DNA of 14,787 nucleotides from Azolla caroliniana (GCA_043228905.1 JBHGNT010000839.1:1-14787); one strand, 5' to 3'. Shown: positions 1-9,734, counted from the first letter of the stretch. Program-made: numbers and translations. The notes: generated from the sequence alone by a model not told the origin.

Positions 1-685
1 AAGACTGAATTATTAAGTTTAAATATACAAATTATCTTCTCTACTGTGTAAAATTTAAGATTAAAAATATGTAATGCATTTCGTATATAGTATACACCAT
101 AACAGGAAATCTTGAACATTATACAAGTGTTCTATGATGCTACTGGGATGAATGTATGTTGCATGGTGCTGAAATGCAAACCACAGAAAATGGGCAGAAA
201 ATCATCCACCAAAGTCAAACATATGAACCAGTTGACAGGTTCCACCACTTAAGATTGGTTGTCTCAATGATGAATAAGAGGATCGATGCAAAACAGTGTA
301 TTAAGACTTTCAAAATGTGTTAACAAACCCCAACATTAAAAGGTAATATTCATCTCATTTATGTTTCAAGACATGTCATATGCAAGCAAGAAATATATCA
401 CCAAGTAACTAAATAGAATCAAAGAAGCATTGCTGAGGGTCAAAATGTCTGCACCCTTAAAGATGGCGCATATCATAATAAATTTTATAGTCCCCAGAAT
501 TATGAGTACTTTTCTTTCACAACGCTAAAACCTCCAATTGGGAACATGGCTCTAAGTCATTTCCATAAAACCATAAATCCAGGAAAGTAGTAGGTTTTCC
601 TAATACACCATTCCCAGCAGAATTTTTCTCTTTCAAATGAGAAATGATCACCTCATCTGACATATTTAATTCCAAACGAAGTTAC

Positions 686-711
686 CTGGACAAATTGCTC
701 CAAGAACAACT
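686..711 (-). CDS. CDAN1: Codanin-1-like exon 6, 26-nt micro-exon (E)LFLEQFVQ
   Basis: Acceptor ttgttgcag|AG completes the phase-1 codon; donor CAG|GTAACT; peptide aligns to human RLFQKQLLQ as recalled. Confidence 0.75.
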
Positions 712-3700
712 CTGCAACAATTACATTCAGCATATGTGAATAAATTGAGCAAAACAGAAACTAATAGAAAAGTTGCAAAGAAAACATTTACCAGCGAACC
801 AAGGATAATTTTCAATCACCAGGACATTCATCATAAGTTTAACACTCTCTTGCATCTTCAAATAAGATTCGTCAAGAGTGCAACCAAACGAATTCTGAAC
901 TGAGGCGGCATCTCTTATGATTGCATAAAACTGGTCCCGACAAAGTTCTCGATTATTATATAATGTTTGTGACTCCTTTGGCAAAGATAAAACAAACAAA
1001 TTCAGGGCATTGATGATACTTCTATGCAAGAAAACTTCATAATCTTTACTGATTCTTTTGACGGAAGAAAAAGAAAAGTAGACATAATAACACCAATATG
1101 AACTAACTTACTCGACTTTTGTAGTTGTTCCTGGAGTCCCTAGCTGCTTGAAAAGGTAAAGATACAGGCATCCCAATGTCTGCAGTTTCTGAAAGAACAT
1201 TGGTGGTATTACATGCCTTGTACAGCTTAACTGAATGAAGTGTAGATGCCTGATGGCTGGCTAGTGATGCCTTCAATCGCTTCTGTAATGCAGGAAAATA
1301 TTGTGTTAAAAATGGATGGTTTATGAGGCTTGAAAGGAGAGGCTCTCCAACTGCAACAGAAAACAAAACAAAAAAAGAATAAGGAAAGCATAGCATATTA
1401 TATTAGAAAAGCAAAAATGACTGCTGATATATACCTATGCATACATAAATCGAGACATATGAATCCATACATACATGGATACATTATATATACACACATG
1501 TACATATATACATGGATAAAAATCTATACCTGAGTCTAATATTCTTCCCAGCTGTTCCATCAACGTGCATGCATAGAAGGAACAGTCGTTACTGGATTCA
1601 AACAAGTGTCTCTCGGTAAGGCCAACACCATACTGATGCTTTGAGAGGCGCTGAAGACTTAGAAGCTGGAACAAATATTGCAACTCTCCAATCAGAGTGG
1701 GCACCAACTTTTCAAAGATCAACTTGGAATGTATAGCTGCAAACCGTCTGAGTCTATTTATTGTACTTTTTGGAATACTTGAGCATTTGGACAAACTTTG
1801 AGTTGACCCAGTACTCTTCTTTTGCATAGAAAAACATTTTTCGTGAACAGAAGATTGGTGCATGGAAGTTTGTGCTAATTCAGCTGTCTTAGACTTTGAT
1901 TTACGTTTCTGATCACATCTTTGCATAAGAGCATCCATATCCACTTTCAGAGGAATATTGCTCCTAGTCTTGGAAGAGTTATTGTCACCTGACTTATTTG
2001 ACTCTATCTTTGCTAGGACAAAAGCACTGTCTACAACTGGATTTTGTGTTGGGGTAGGATTTACCCGCCTTTTCTGATGCAAGTCAAATTAAGGTCAATC
2101 ATTAAAATGGTAACAGAATCCTGAATTTCAGATGCGAAATGAATTTGACAAAACCTCCAAAACAGAGAGCAAACTCTCTATCACATAGCAATGAGCAATG
2201 GTTTGAGCCAAAACTGAACCATGGTTTTAAAAGCTGAACATTGGTTTGGCTTAACTACAAATTTGGAAAGCAATTTGGTTTAGGTTTGGTTTGCCTGGGT
2301 GATTAACAACTCGGTTTAAGTTGTATCGATTTAACGGCTTATGGTTGACCAAGCTTGAAATTTCCTCTTACGCAACTTATAGAGTATTTTTATAACATAA
2401 ATCATAAACCCTAAGACCTCTCTTCTAGGCTATCACTTCTATGTTTTACATACTTTAGAGTTCACTATTTTCGATTTTACTTCTTATGCAAATTATTTGC
2501 TTAACAGTTTCTAGTGTAATGGGTTTGGTTTTAAACGGTTCAGGTTTCAGGATCTCTTAAATGGCTCAGTTCAAGGTTTCAAGTTTTAATTTTTTTAACA
2601 GTTCTCGAACTAGTTTGAGCCAAACCGAGCTGTTGCATATTGATATCATACACACACACATATGGAAAACGGCTCCTTGAATTTCCTAATTCAGCACACC
2701 TAATAACAAGTATAAATGATACCATCTCAGTGGCTTCTTGCAAATACTCATTAGACTGTTACTTAAAAGGTTTTGTTGCTATTGTATACCTTCATAGTTT
2801 ATAGCATATCCTAAAGTCCAGCACTTCATGTGCAACCTAAGGATTATAAGTATTTTCAGTATTGCCCAATTAGCCAGTGTAATATGTGATGTAGTTTAAA
2901 TTCTTAATGAAATATAAGAATAACAATTTTCCTTTTCTTTCTTATATGAATATTCATGTAATGTCTTCTTAACCTATCTCCTTTTTCTTACTAATCCTTA
3001 GAGCAGCCATACAAAGCTTAGTTTCCTGTTGTTCTCTTAGGAATAAACTAACATTTTTTTCTGAAAAAACTAAAGTCAAGTTGTGATTGAAAGCGAATCT
3101 AATACTTCCATCTTGTTCTCAGTACTAGATTCTTACTTCTCCATGTAAACGAAAAAAAGGGACGTAAAATCCATATCCAGTTGAAAGCTCTTACTTTCTC
3201 GGTGATACAATACCTGTTTTTCAAACATCAGAGTCTCACTGAAAGTAAACCTTTTCATCTTACTTTTGCAGTGAGACAAACCTTTCCAAACCATATAAAT
3301 AGTTACATATATGCAGACACATTAGCACCAAAACATCATTGAGAAATCAAATATAAGAAATAATCAAATGAGGAATTTAACAAAGGAAGTATGAAAAGAA
3401 TTCATGTGAATAACAATATCGCATAGTATGAACTAACCGGCCGTGTTAATGATGTAACTGCCTTCTGAGTGGCAACATTGAGTCTTGGAAAACCCCCTAA
3501 TGATGGAAATTCAGCATCGTAAGTATCCCCTTCATTGTTTGTAGGAGTATCTATTACAAAAGGAGAATTTACAGTAATGTGTTTTTCTTCAGAACGAGGA
3601 GTGATTTTATTTGATGAATTGATCACGTTGTGCGGTTCATTTTCTTTGCTTTCTGACTCCGAAAGTTGACTGAAAAACATGTCTGATTCAGATCTGATGT

Positions 3701-4294
3701 ATTCCAGAAAGGCTTTAGCAAAAGATGAGCGATTTGTTTGTTGCATTTCTTCTTTCAACATGATAGCTTGTCCGTTATTCTACATTGATAAAGAGCAGAC
3801 TCACAAAGAGGTTGGAAAATGAAGATATTTAACAGAAAAAGATCGAACACAATGCGGATGAGGAAGATGATGTTGTTGATGATGACAAAGGCGAGATGAA
3901 GAGGAACAAGAACAAGAAAAATCAAATAAAGATGGAGAAAGGCTAGAGTAACCATGCGAGAAGACCAAAATATATCGGAAAAAGAAAGACATACCAGAAC
4001 AATACATTAAAGAAGAAGAACTATTACAAAAGAACCCAAGAAAGAAGAAGAAAATATCCGAAGAACACAAGAAAAACAAGAAACGATCAGAGAAGAGCTC
4101 CAAAAAGAAGAAGAAGAAGAAGAAGAAGAGAATCAGACGAACTCAAAGAAGAAGACCTGCAGATGACTTGATGAGGTTCCCGAGATCCAAGGCAGAAGGA
4201 AAGCCAAGAGAAGATCATCATCATCATTATCTACTACATCGTGAAGAAGCAACCTTTGAATGAGAGAAGAATCTGCAGAAGAAGAAGAAGCCAT
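686..4294 (-). CDS. CDAN1: Codanin-1-like protein (CDAN1/discs-lost homologue), 5' part only; join(complement 4157..4294, 3438..3779, 1530..2073, 1112..1350, 792..975, 686..711); continues beyond the left edge
   Basis: Six exons join through five GT-AG introns with consistent phases (0,0,1,0,1) into 1473 nt (491 codons) with no stop. Ordered motifs match human Codanin-1 as recalled: FAKAFLEYIRSES~FVPFLLNFLREQS; AEFPSLG~EEFPPVG; KRRVNPTP~SRRINPTP; EKLVPTLIGELQYLFQLL~ENLVPNLFLELFFVFQLL; LFESSNDCSFYA~LFQSIHDCVFFA; FPALQKRL~SPALQGRL; FQAARDSRNNY~FQPETDNRANF; RDQFYAIIRD~RDVFYEVLRE; ELFLEQFVQ~RLFQKQLLQ. Confidence 0.85.
792..975 (-). CDS. CDAN1: Codanin-1-like exon 5
   Basis: Acceptor tctttgccaaag|GAG; donor GCTG|GTAAAT; 184 nt; runs LYNNRELCRDQFYAIIRD ... 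NYPWFA. Confidence 0.85.
1112..1350 (-). CDS. CDAN1: Codanin-1-like exon 4
   Basis: Acceptor ttttctgttgcag|TT (phase 1); donor CGA|GTAAGT; 239 nt; contains FPALQKRLKA and PFQAARDSRNNY. Confidence 0.88.
1530..2073 (-). CDS. CDAN1: Codanin-1-like exon 3 (B-domain motif and start of helical core)
   Basis: Acceptor ttgcatcag|AAA AGG CGG; donor TCAG|GTATAG; 544 nt; runs KRRVNPTP ... LVPTLIGELQYLFQLL ... LFESSNDCSFYA. Confidence 0.88.
2179..2645. mobile_element. Degenerate MITE-like non-autonomous DNA transposon (possibly hAT-derived) in CDAN1 intron 2
   Basis: Clusters of GGTTT/CGGTT/AAACC motifs at both ends around an AT-rich centre; GTTTGAGCCAAA at both 2201-2212 and 2613-2624; ends weakly inverted (tatcacatagcaa..ggtttg versus reverse complement tatcaatatgcaa..ggtttg). 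No clean TSD. Confidence 0.5.
3438..3779 (-). CDS. CDAN1: Codanin-1-like exon 2
   Basis: Acceptor ctctttatcaatgtag|AAT; donor CCG|GTTAGT; 342 nt; contains FAKAFLEYIRSES and DAEFPSLG. Confidence 0.82.
4105..4128. repeat. (AAG)8 microsatellite in CDAN1 intron 1
   Basis: Read directly. Confidence 0.9.
4157..4294 (-). CDS. CDAN1: Codanin-1-like exon 1 (MASSSSADSSLIQRLLLHDVVDNDDDDLLLAFLLPWISGTSSSHLQ)
   Basis: ATG at 4294 in gctATGGC context; 138 nt open; donor CAG|GTCTTC in phase 0, matching the acceptor at 3780/3779. LIQRLL...LLPWI resembles the N-terminal VLESLL...VVRWI of animal Codanin-1. Too short for the ORF track. Confidence 0.7.
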
Positions 4295-4520
4295 AGCTTC
4301 TTCTCAGTTCGATAGATGCAGACTGAATTTTGAAATTGTTCAGTCCAGTTTGTTCCCAGCCTTTGTTTTTGTTTTCTTTTGAAAGTTCTCAAAAATCTCT
4401 GCAATGTACTTCTCCTCGATCATATACTACTCTACTAAAACTATTTATTTACTGTGTGAGCTGCGAGCGAGCCTTGGAAAGTTGAACACACATCAGAATG
4501 TATATATGATGATAGATATA

Positions 4521-4634
4521 TGCATGTATGCATGGATGGATGGATAGATGCATGGATAGATGCATGGATGGATGGATAGATGCATGGATGGATGCATGGA
4601 TGGATGGATAGATGCATGGATGGATGGATGGATG
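4521..4634. repeat. Compound (GATG/CATG/GATA)n tetranucleotide microsatellite
   Basis: Read directly; explains the three low-complexity H/P/S/I/M ORFs at 4441-4687. Confidence 0.95.
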
Positions 4635-6470
4635 CCAAATGGGTTGGAGTGATGTATGCATGTATGTATATGTGATGTCTCTCTCACTCTCCTAGTCTCT
4701 CTCCCTCACTCTATGGGTCTTTCGAAGTGTGGGTTGGGGTGGGCGTGGCCTGTGGGTTCCTTAAGCAGAGGAACTCACTCATCCTTTTCATGTCCCGTGT
4801 GTCTACTACTAGCACCACCAGAATTCTCTTTGGGTTCTATCCTCGCTCGTCCACGCCACCATGAACACATCCTGCATTCAGATGCCTCTCAAAATTCTAG
4901 GTTCGAATCCGCATCGTTTACCCACCCACGATTGTCTCATTACCCAAATCCCTTTGATAACTTTGTCATTGTGCGATTTTCAACGGCATTGTGGTTTTTT
5001 TTCTGTTTTTTAAGGGGGGGGATGTTATGAAACTCACCAATGCCTCATCATGTATGTCTGTAGCCTATGGGAATTCCTTTACTGATAGTTACAAACCTTA
5101 GATTTCCTACTCATCTTATATCTTTCTCTTGTTCACTTTGATAAGCTTCGATTCAGAAAGTTCAATCATTGAAACTTCAGCAATGATTAATCACATTTTT
5201 CTACAATAACCACTTTTCCTCATGAAAGGTATAAGTCATGGCTGACCTCAACTTGTAGGGAAACAAATAGACACGCCTATAACTTGTCAAAATAATTGAT
5301 AAGTGAATAAATATGCATATGCTTACAATGGAATTCTAAGTGTCTATTGTAGATATATTTTTGAAACCTTACCAATGTATCGAGGTTTATTACCGTATGT
5401 AAATGGTTGTATGCCATGTCATGTTTTATAACTAGTAATTGCACAAACTTGAACCCATAACCATATGCTACTACATGCTTGCCCTATCGGTTGTGGGCGT
5501 AGCACAAGTTCACGTAGCAATGACACTTACCGGTTTCACTAAAAACTCACCCTTCTGGTCATACCATCATGAAGTAACAATGCTTACTTAACTCCGGTTG
5601 ATCACAAGGGGCACTCTGTTTGGAATTCAGCACCCAAAATCCCACCACATATAGGATACATATAGGGGCTTGAAATGTTTAAGGAGTCTCTCATGTGTTA
5701 ATAATAATAGCCAATGCACTCATACCCAAAACCCAATCGCTATTAATGTGATACATTATTGATTAATGGTTTCAAATCAAATACATTTTTCATTAAACTT
5801 TAAACTATTTGATTAAATTTTCTTCCATCTACATTTTGAATTGTGAGTCAAATTTCATAATTTCAGCCAACTTTCTTTTCAAAGGATTCTCACAGCCATG
5901 GTTTCGTGGTGACTTTAGAAAACAAACAATATTTTCATTAAATCAACATCAATGAGAAGACCAGACTGAAGATGAAGAATGTTTCTTTTTCACAGACCTT
6001 CACAAATATTGATTATTTCCTACCCAAAACTTAAAATCAATAAAGCAATGAAGAACATTAGGATGATCCCTCAAAACTTCATTATTATCAACAAACAGCA
6101 TATAACAGACGTCACAAAATTTTAAACTGCACTAAAAAATACATACTACACAGATAAGAATGACCACGTCTTAAATTAACTAACTGAACATAATAATGGC
6201 AGCCAAACAGAGAATAGACATCTAGGAAGCCAGAACGCACCTCTCAAGGTGTTTAATGAATACCTTGAACCAAAGAACAAATTGAGACCATTTTAGAAGT
6301 TAAATATTAGATTAGAACAAACTGAATAAAACCGTTTTAAGAAAGATCAAATAAAATGATCAATCAATGACAAGAAACAAAATATTTGTTAAAGCACTAC
6401 CCAAAAAAAAAACAAAATTTGCCATCCTGGTTTTCATCTATTTTGCCTCTTCACTTGCATCATTTCGCTT

Positions 6471-8039
6471 TTAATCAACCTCCTCCATCTTACTGCCATC
6501 AGCATCAGCGTCTTCCACAGGAGTGTCAATATCCTCATCAGCATCAACAGAAGCTGCAGCATCATCATCAATGCTCAATCCTAGTTTCAACATACGATGA
6601 ATCCTGTTGCCAAATGTGTTGGGATCATCGAGACTAAATCCTGAAGTGAGAAGTGAGGTCTCAAACAAAAGCAAAACAAGATCCTTCACTGACTTATCAT
6701 TCTTATCAACATCAGCCCTTTTCCTTAATTCTTCCATTATCAGGTTCTCTGGGTTTATTTCCATTGTCTTCTTGGAGGACATGTAGCTAGACATGCTACT
6801 ATCTCTTAATGCTTGGGCTTTCATAATCCTTTCCATATTAGCTGTCCACCCGTATTCACCAGTTACTAAACAACACGGTGAATCCACAACTCTGTCAGAC
6901 ACCACAACCTTCTCTACTTTGTCCCCGAGAATATCCTTCACAACTTTGCAAAGAGGCTCAAATTTGGTCTTCAATTCTTCCCTCCTCTTCTTCTCCTCAT
7001 CAGAGTCTTCCAGCTTCAAACCTTCCTTCGTGGCAGAGACAAGTTTCTTCCCATCAAACTCTTTCAGCTGTCCAACAGCATATTCATCAATGGCATCAAC
7101 CATAAAGAGAACTTCATATCCCTTCTTCTTTAACTTTTCCAAGAAAGGGGAGTTCTCAACTGCCTTCTTGCTCTCACCAGTAATGTAATAGATATCAGTC
7201 TGTCCCTCCTTCATTCTTGTCACATAATCTTTAAGGCTTGTCATTTCATCACCACTCTTGGTGGAGTGGTATCTCAAAAGCTCAGCCATTTTTGCTCTAT
7301 TCTGGCTGTCTTCATGAACACCCAATTTGATGTTCTTTGAGAAAGACTCATAAAACTTGTCATAATCCTCCTTATTCTCAGCAATCTCAAAGAAAAGCTC
7401 AACACATTTCTTCACTAGATTCTTACGGATAACCTTTAGGATCTTGTTCTGTTGGAGCATCTCACGAGAAATGTTGAGAGGCAAATCTTCAGAATCAACA
7501 ACTCCCTTCACAAAGCTGAGATACTCAGGAATGATTTCTTCACAGTTGTCCATGATAAATACCCTTCGAACATAGAGCTTGATATTGTTGAGCTTCTTCC
7601 TTGTATCAAAAAGATCAAAAGGAGCTCTCTTGGGCACATAAAGCACAGCTTTGAACTCCAATTGACCTTCAACAGAGAAATGCTTCACTGCTAGATGTTC
7701 TTCCCAATCGTTGGTCAAACTCTTATAAAAAGCAGCATACTCGTCCTTAGTAATATCATCAGGTTTCCTCATCCAGATAGGTTTCTGCTTGTTACAAACT
7801 GACCACTCGTGAGAAACTTCCTTGATTTTCTTTTTCTTTTTCTCTTTTTCTTTTTCTTCTTCTTCAACATCTTCAGCTTTACCCTCTTCTTCTTCCTTGG
7901 TTTCTTTCTCCTCTTCTTCCTCATCATCAGAAACCTCCTTTGTCGTTGTCTTCTCAACCCACAGAGAAATAGGATAGCTGATGAATTCTGAATGCTTCTT
8001 TACCAAATCTTTCAGACGCCTCTCTTCAAGGTATTCTTG
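6471..8039 (-). CDS. HSP90: HSP90 exon 4
   Basis: Acceptor gtctctcgcag|CAA; [19 protein letters not shown] ... MEEVD; stop TAA ending at 6471. Confidence 0.97.
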   Translation of the reverse strand, partial: QEYLEERRLKDLVKKHSEFISYPISLWVEKTTTKEVSDDEEEEEKETKEEEEGKAEDVEEEEKEKEKKKKKIKEVSHEWSVCNKQKPIWMRKPDDITKDEYAAFYKSLTNDWEEHLAVKHFSVEGQLEFKAVLYVPKRAPFDLFDTRKKLNNIKLYVRRVFIMDNCEEIIPEYLSFVKGVVDSEDLPLNISREMLQQNKILKVIRKNLVKKCVELFFEIAENKEDYDKFYESFSKNIKLGVHEDSQNRAKMAELLRYHSTKSGDEMTSLKDYVTRMKEGQTDIYYITGESKKAVENSPFLEKLKKKGYEVLFMVDAIDEYAVGQLKEFDGKKLVSATKEGLKLEDSDEEKKRREELKTKFEPLCKVVKDILGDKVEKVVVSDRVVDSPCCLVTGEYGWTANMERIMKAQALRDSSMSSYMSSKKTMEINPENLIMEELRKRADVDKNDKSVKDLVLLLFETSLLTSGFSLDDPNTFGNRIHRMLKLGLSIDDDAAASVDADEDIDTPVEDADADGSKMEEVD

Positions 8040-9468
8040 CTGCGAGAGACAAACAATGAAATCATTATCAATCGTATCTCTGAATCAGATATATCAAGAT
8101 TGAGCAATAAGAATCAAAATCTGATTTGTTATTTAATTTCCCTAAACAAGAAACGAATAGCGTTCTTATTATTACAATTCTGGTTTGACTGCAGTTATTG
8201 TTTAAGCAGATCAAAACACATATCACTGCCTTACCTGATCCTCCTTCAGGTACAGAGTGATCTTGGTACCTCTACCAAGAGGCTCTCCATCATCTCTGGT
8301 GACAGTAAAGGAGCCACCGGCCTGGGATTCCCAGATGTATTGCTCATCATCATTATGTTTCGTGGTAACAACAACCTTCTCGGCCACCAAGTATGCAGAG
8401 TAGAAACCCACACCGAACTGGCCGATCATACTCACGTCAGCACCTGCTGCAAGGGCCTCCATGAACTCCTTGGTTCCAGAACGCGCAATAGTACCCAAAT
8501 TGTTTACAAGATCTATGAAGATGAATCGAATTAAAAGAACAAATGTCAGTATGTATGCACATAAATACAGAAGTTTGAAATGATCTGTCAGCACAAAATC
8601 TACGAACACTTCGCGTAATCACCTTTAATACCAACAGCTCCAAAAGCAAAGAATTGATGAAGAAAGAAAGATTTACCTGCTTTGGTCATTCCAATGCCAC
8701 TGTCAATGATGGTAAGAGTGTTTGAGGCTTTGTCAGGTATGATGTGAATGAAAAGTTCGGACTGAGAATCGAGCTTCGACTTGTCTGTGAGACTTTCGAA
8801 GCGAATCTTATCCAGGGCCTGAAGTTTATTTAAACAACAACACATGAGTACAAGAATAATATCGCATGAGCAGGCCCTCTTAAATATAGAGGGGCTGAAA
8901 TCACTACAGACAGAATACTTTAAAAACTTACAATAGAAGAAAGTCTAAAGACATAGATCTGGTTGATACAACAAGAAAAGATAAAAAATATGAAGCTACA
9001 AATACATCAACATGACAAAAACATCTTAAATTTGAATATTGAACAAACTTGGCCATTGAAAAAACATAGAATAGAAGGAAATGAAAGAACTTCAGTCTGT
9101 AGTAGCTAGTAGTAACAAATAATGAGAAAACATATATATATAAGCACGAAAGAGAAGAAAACTAAGGACAGAAACCAGTTCAAAGAAACCATCTTGGGGA
9201 AACTCAGCAAAAAATGAAGAGCAATGAAAGACGAGAAGAAGAGGAGGAGGAAGAGGAAGAAGAAGAAGAAGAAGAAGAAGACGTGCTTAAAAGAACTATT
9301 GAAGGAAAAATGAAACAGAAAGTACAATGAAATGAAACTCACATCTGAGGAGTTACTGATGAGCTCTCGCAAGAAGATCTCCTTGTTGCTGTAGAAGGTA
9401 TTAATGATGAGGCTGAGGAGCTGGTTGATCTCAGCTTGGAAGGCAAACGTTTCAGTGTCGGACGCCAT
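6471..9468 (-). CDS. HSP90: Cytosolic heat shock protein 90 (HSP90/HSP81-83 type), 704 aa; join(complement 9343..9468, 8677..8818, 8235..8512, 6471..8039)
   Basis: Signature motifs [53 protein letters not shown], charged linker, [25 protein letters not shown] and C-terminal MEEVD. Three GT-AG introns (524, 164, 195 nt) give an intact 2115-nt CDS. Confidence 0.98.
8235..8512 (-). CDS. HSP90: HSP90 exon 3
   Basis: Acceptor cttcatag|AT; [15 protein letters not shown]...LYLKEDQ; donor CAG|GTAAGG. Confidence 0.96.
8677..8818 (-). CDS. HSP90: HSP90 exon 2
   Basis: Acceptor aacttcag|GCC; [12 protein letters not shown]...DSGIGMTKA; donor GCAG|GTAAAT (phase 1). Confidence 0.96.
9235..9280. repeat. 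(GAA/GAG)n microsatellite in HSP90 intron 1
   Basis: Read directly. Confidence 0.9.
9343..9468 (-). CDS. HSP90: HSP90 exon 1
   Basis: ATG at 9468; [14 protein letters not shown]...ELISNSSD; donor GAT|GTGAGT. Confidence 0.96.
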
Positions 9469-9662
9469 AGCTAGCTAGCAAGCGAGCTCGCTTACTGAGC
9501 GCAAAAATAAAAATTTGTGAAAGACAGGAGGCGAAAACGGGAGGAATCGAGAGCAGGTGAGGGCGGGAGCTCCTCAGATCTGAGCGACAGAGAAGAAGAA
9601 GAAGACGAAGATTGGGAGAGAGCGAGAGACAGTGTTAGAGCGTGAGAGGAAGCAAAAGATGC

Positions 9663-9690
9663 AGAGAGAGAGAGAGAGAGATATAGTAGA
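9663..9690 (-). promoter_or_regulatory. Putative HSP90 core promoter: TATA-like CTATAT followed by a (CT)9 / GAGA tract
   Basis: Minus strand reads tctaCTATATctctctctc..., about 50 nt downstream of the HSE; (AG)9 at 9663-9680 on the plus strand. The TATA match is weak. Confidence 0.4.
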
Positions 9691-9734
9691 GTATGAAGTA
9701 GGGCAAGAAGGGGAGGAGAAGGGGGGGGGGGTTG

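Noticed and set aside
1-685. Further CDAN1 exons or a gene end
   Set aside because: No convincing in-frame acceptor-exon-donor with Codanin-like sequence was found; treated as an intron continuing out of the window.
3759-3761. ATG at 3761 as the CDAN1 start
   Set aside because: An acceptor 18 nt upstream and an in-phase upstream exon with Codanin-like N-terminal residues fit better; it could remain a secondary start.
3755-4103. Phe/Leu-rich minus-strand ORFs
   Set aside because: They lie essentially in the pyrimidine-rich CDAN1 intron 1; low-complexity artefacts.
4441-4687. Three His/Pro/Ser/Ile-rich ORFs
   Set aside because: Translations of the tetranucleotide microsatellite, which lacks stops on that strand.
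4656-5030. 124-aa plus-strand ORF divergent from CDAN1
   Set aside because: Starts in simple-repeat sequence; no motif, splice or family support.
6386-8534. Plus-strand and alternative-frame ORFs over HSP90 (6386-6637, 6793-7188, 6878-7105, 7452-7694, 7769-7957, 7809-7991, 7992-8534)
   Set aside because: Antisense or alternate-frame shadows of a conserved CDS; no recognisable protein features.
686-9468. Functional coupling between HSP90 and CDAN1 because they are adjacent
   Set aside because: Gene neighbourhood in plant genomes rarely implies shared function; each gene has its own upstream region and no HSE was seen before CDAN1.
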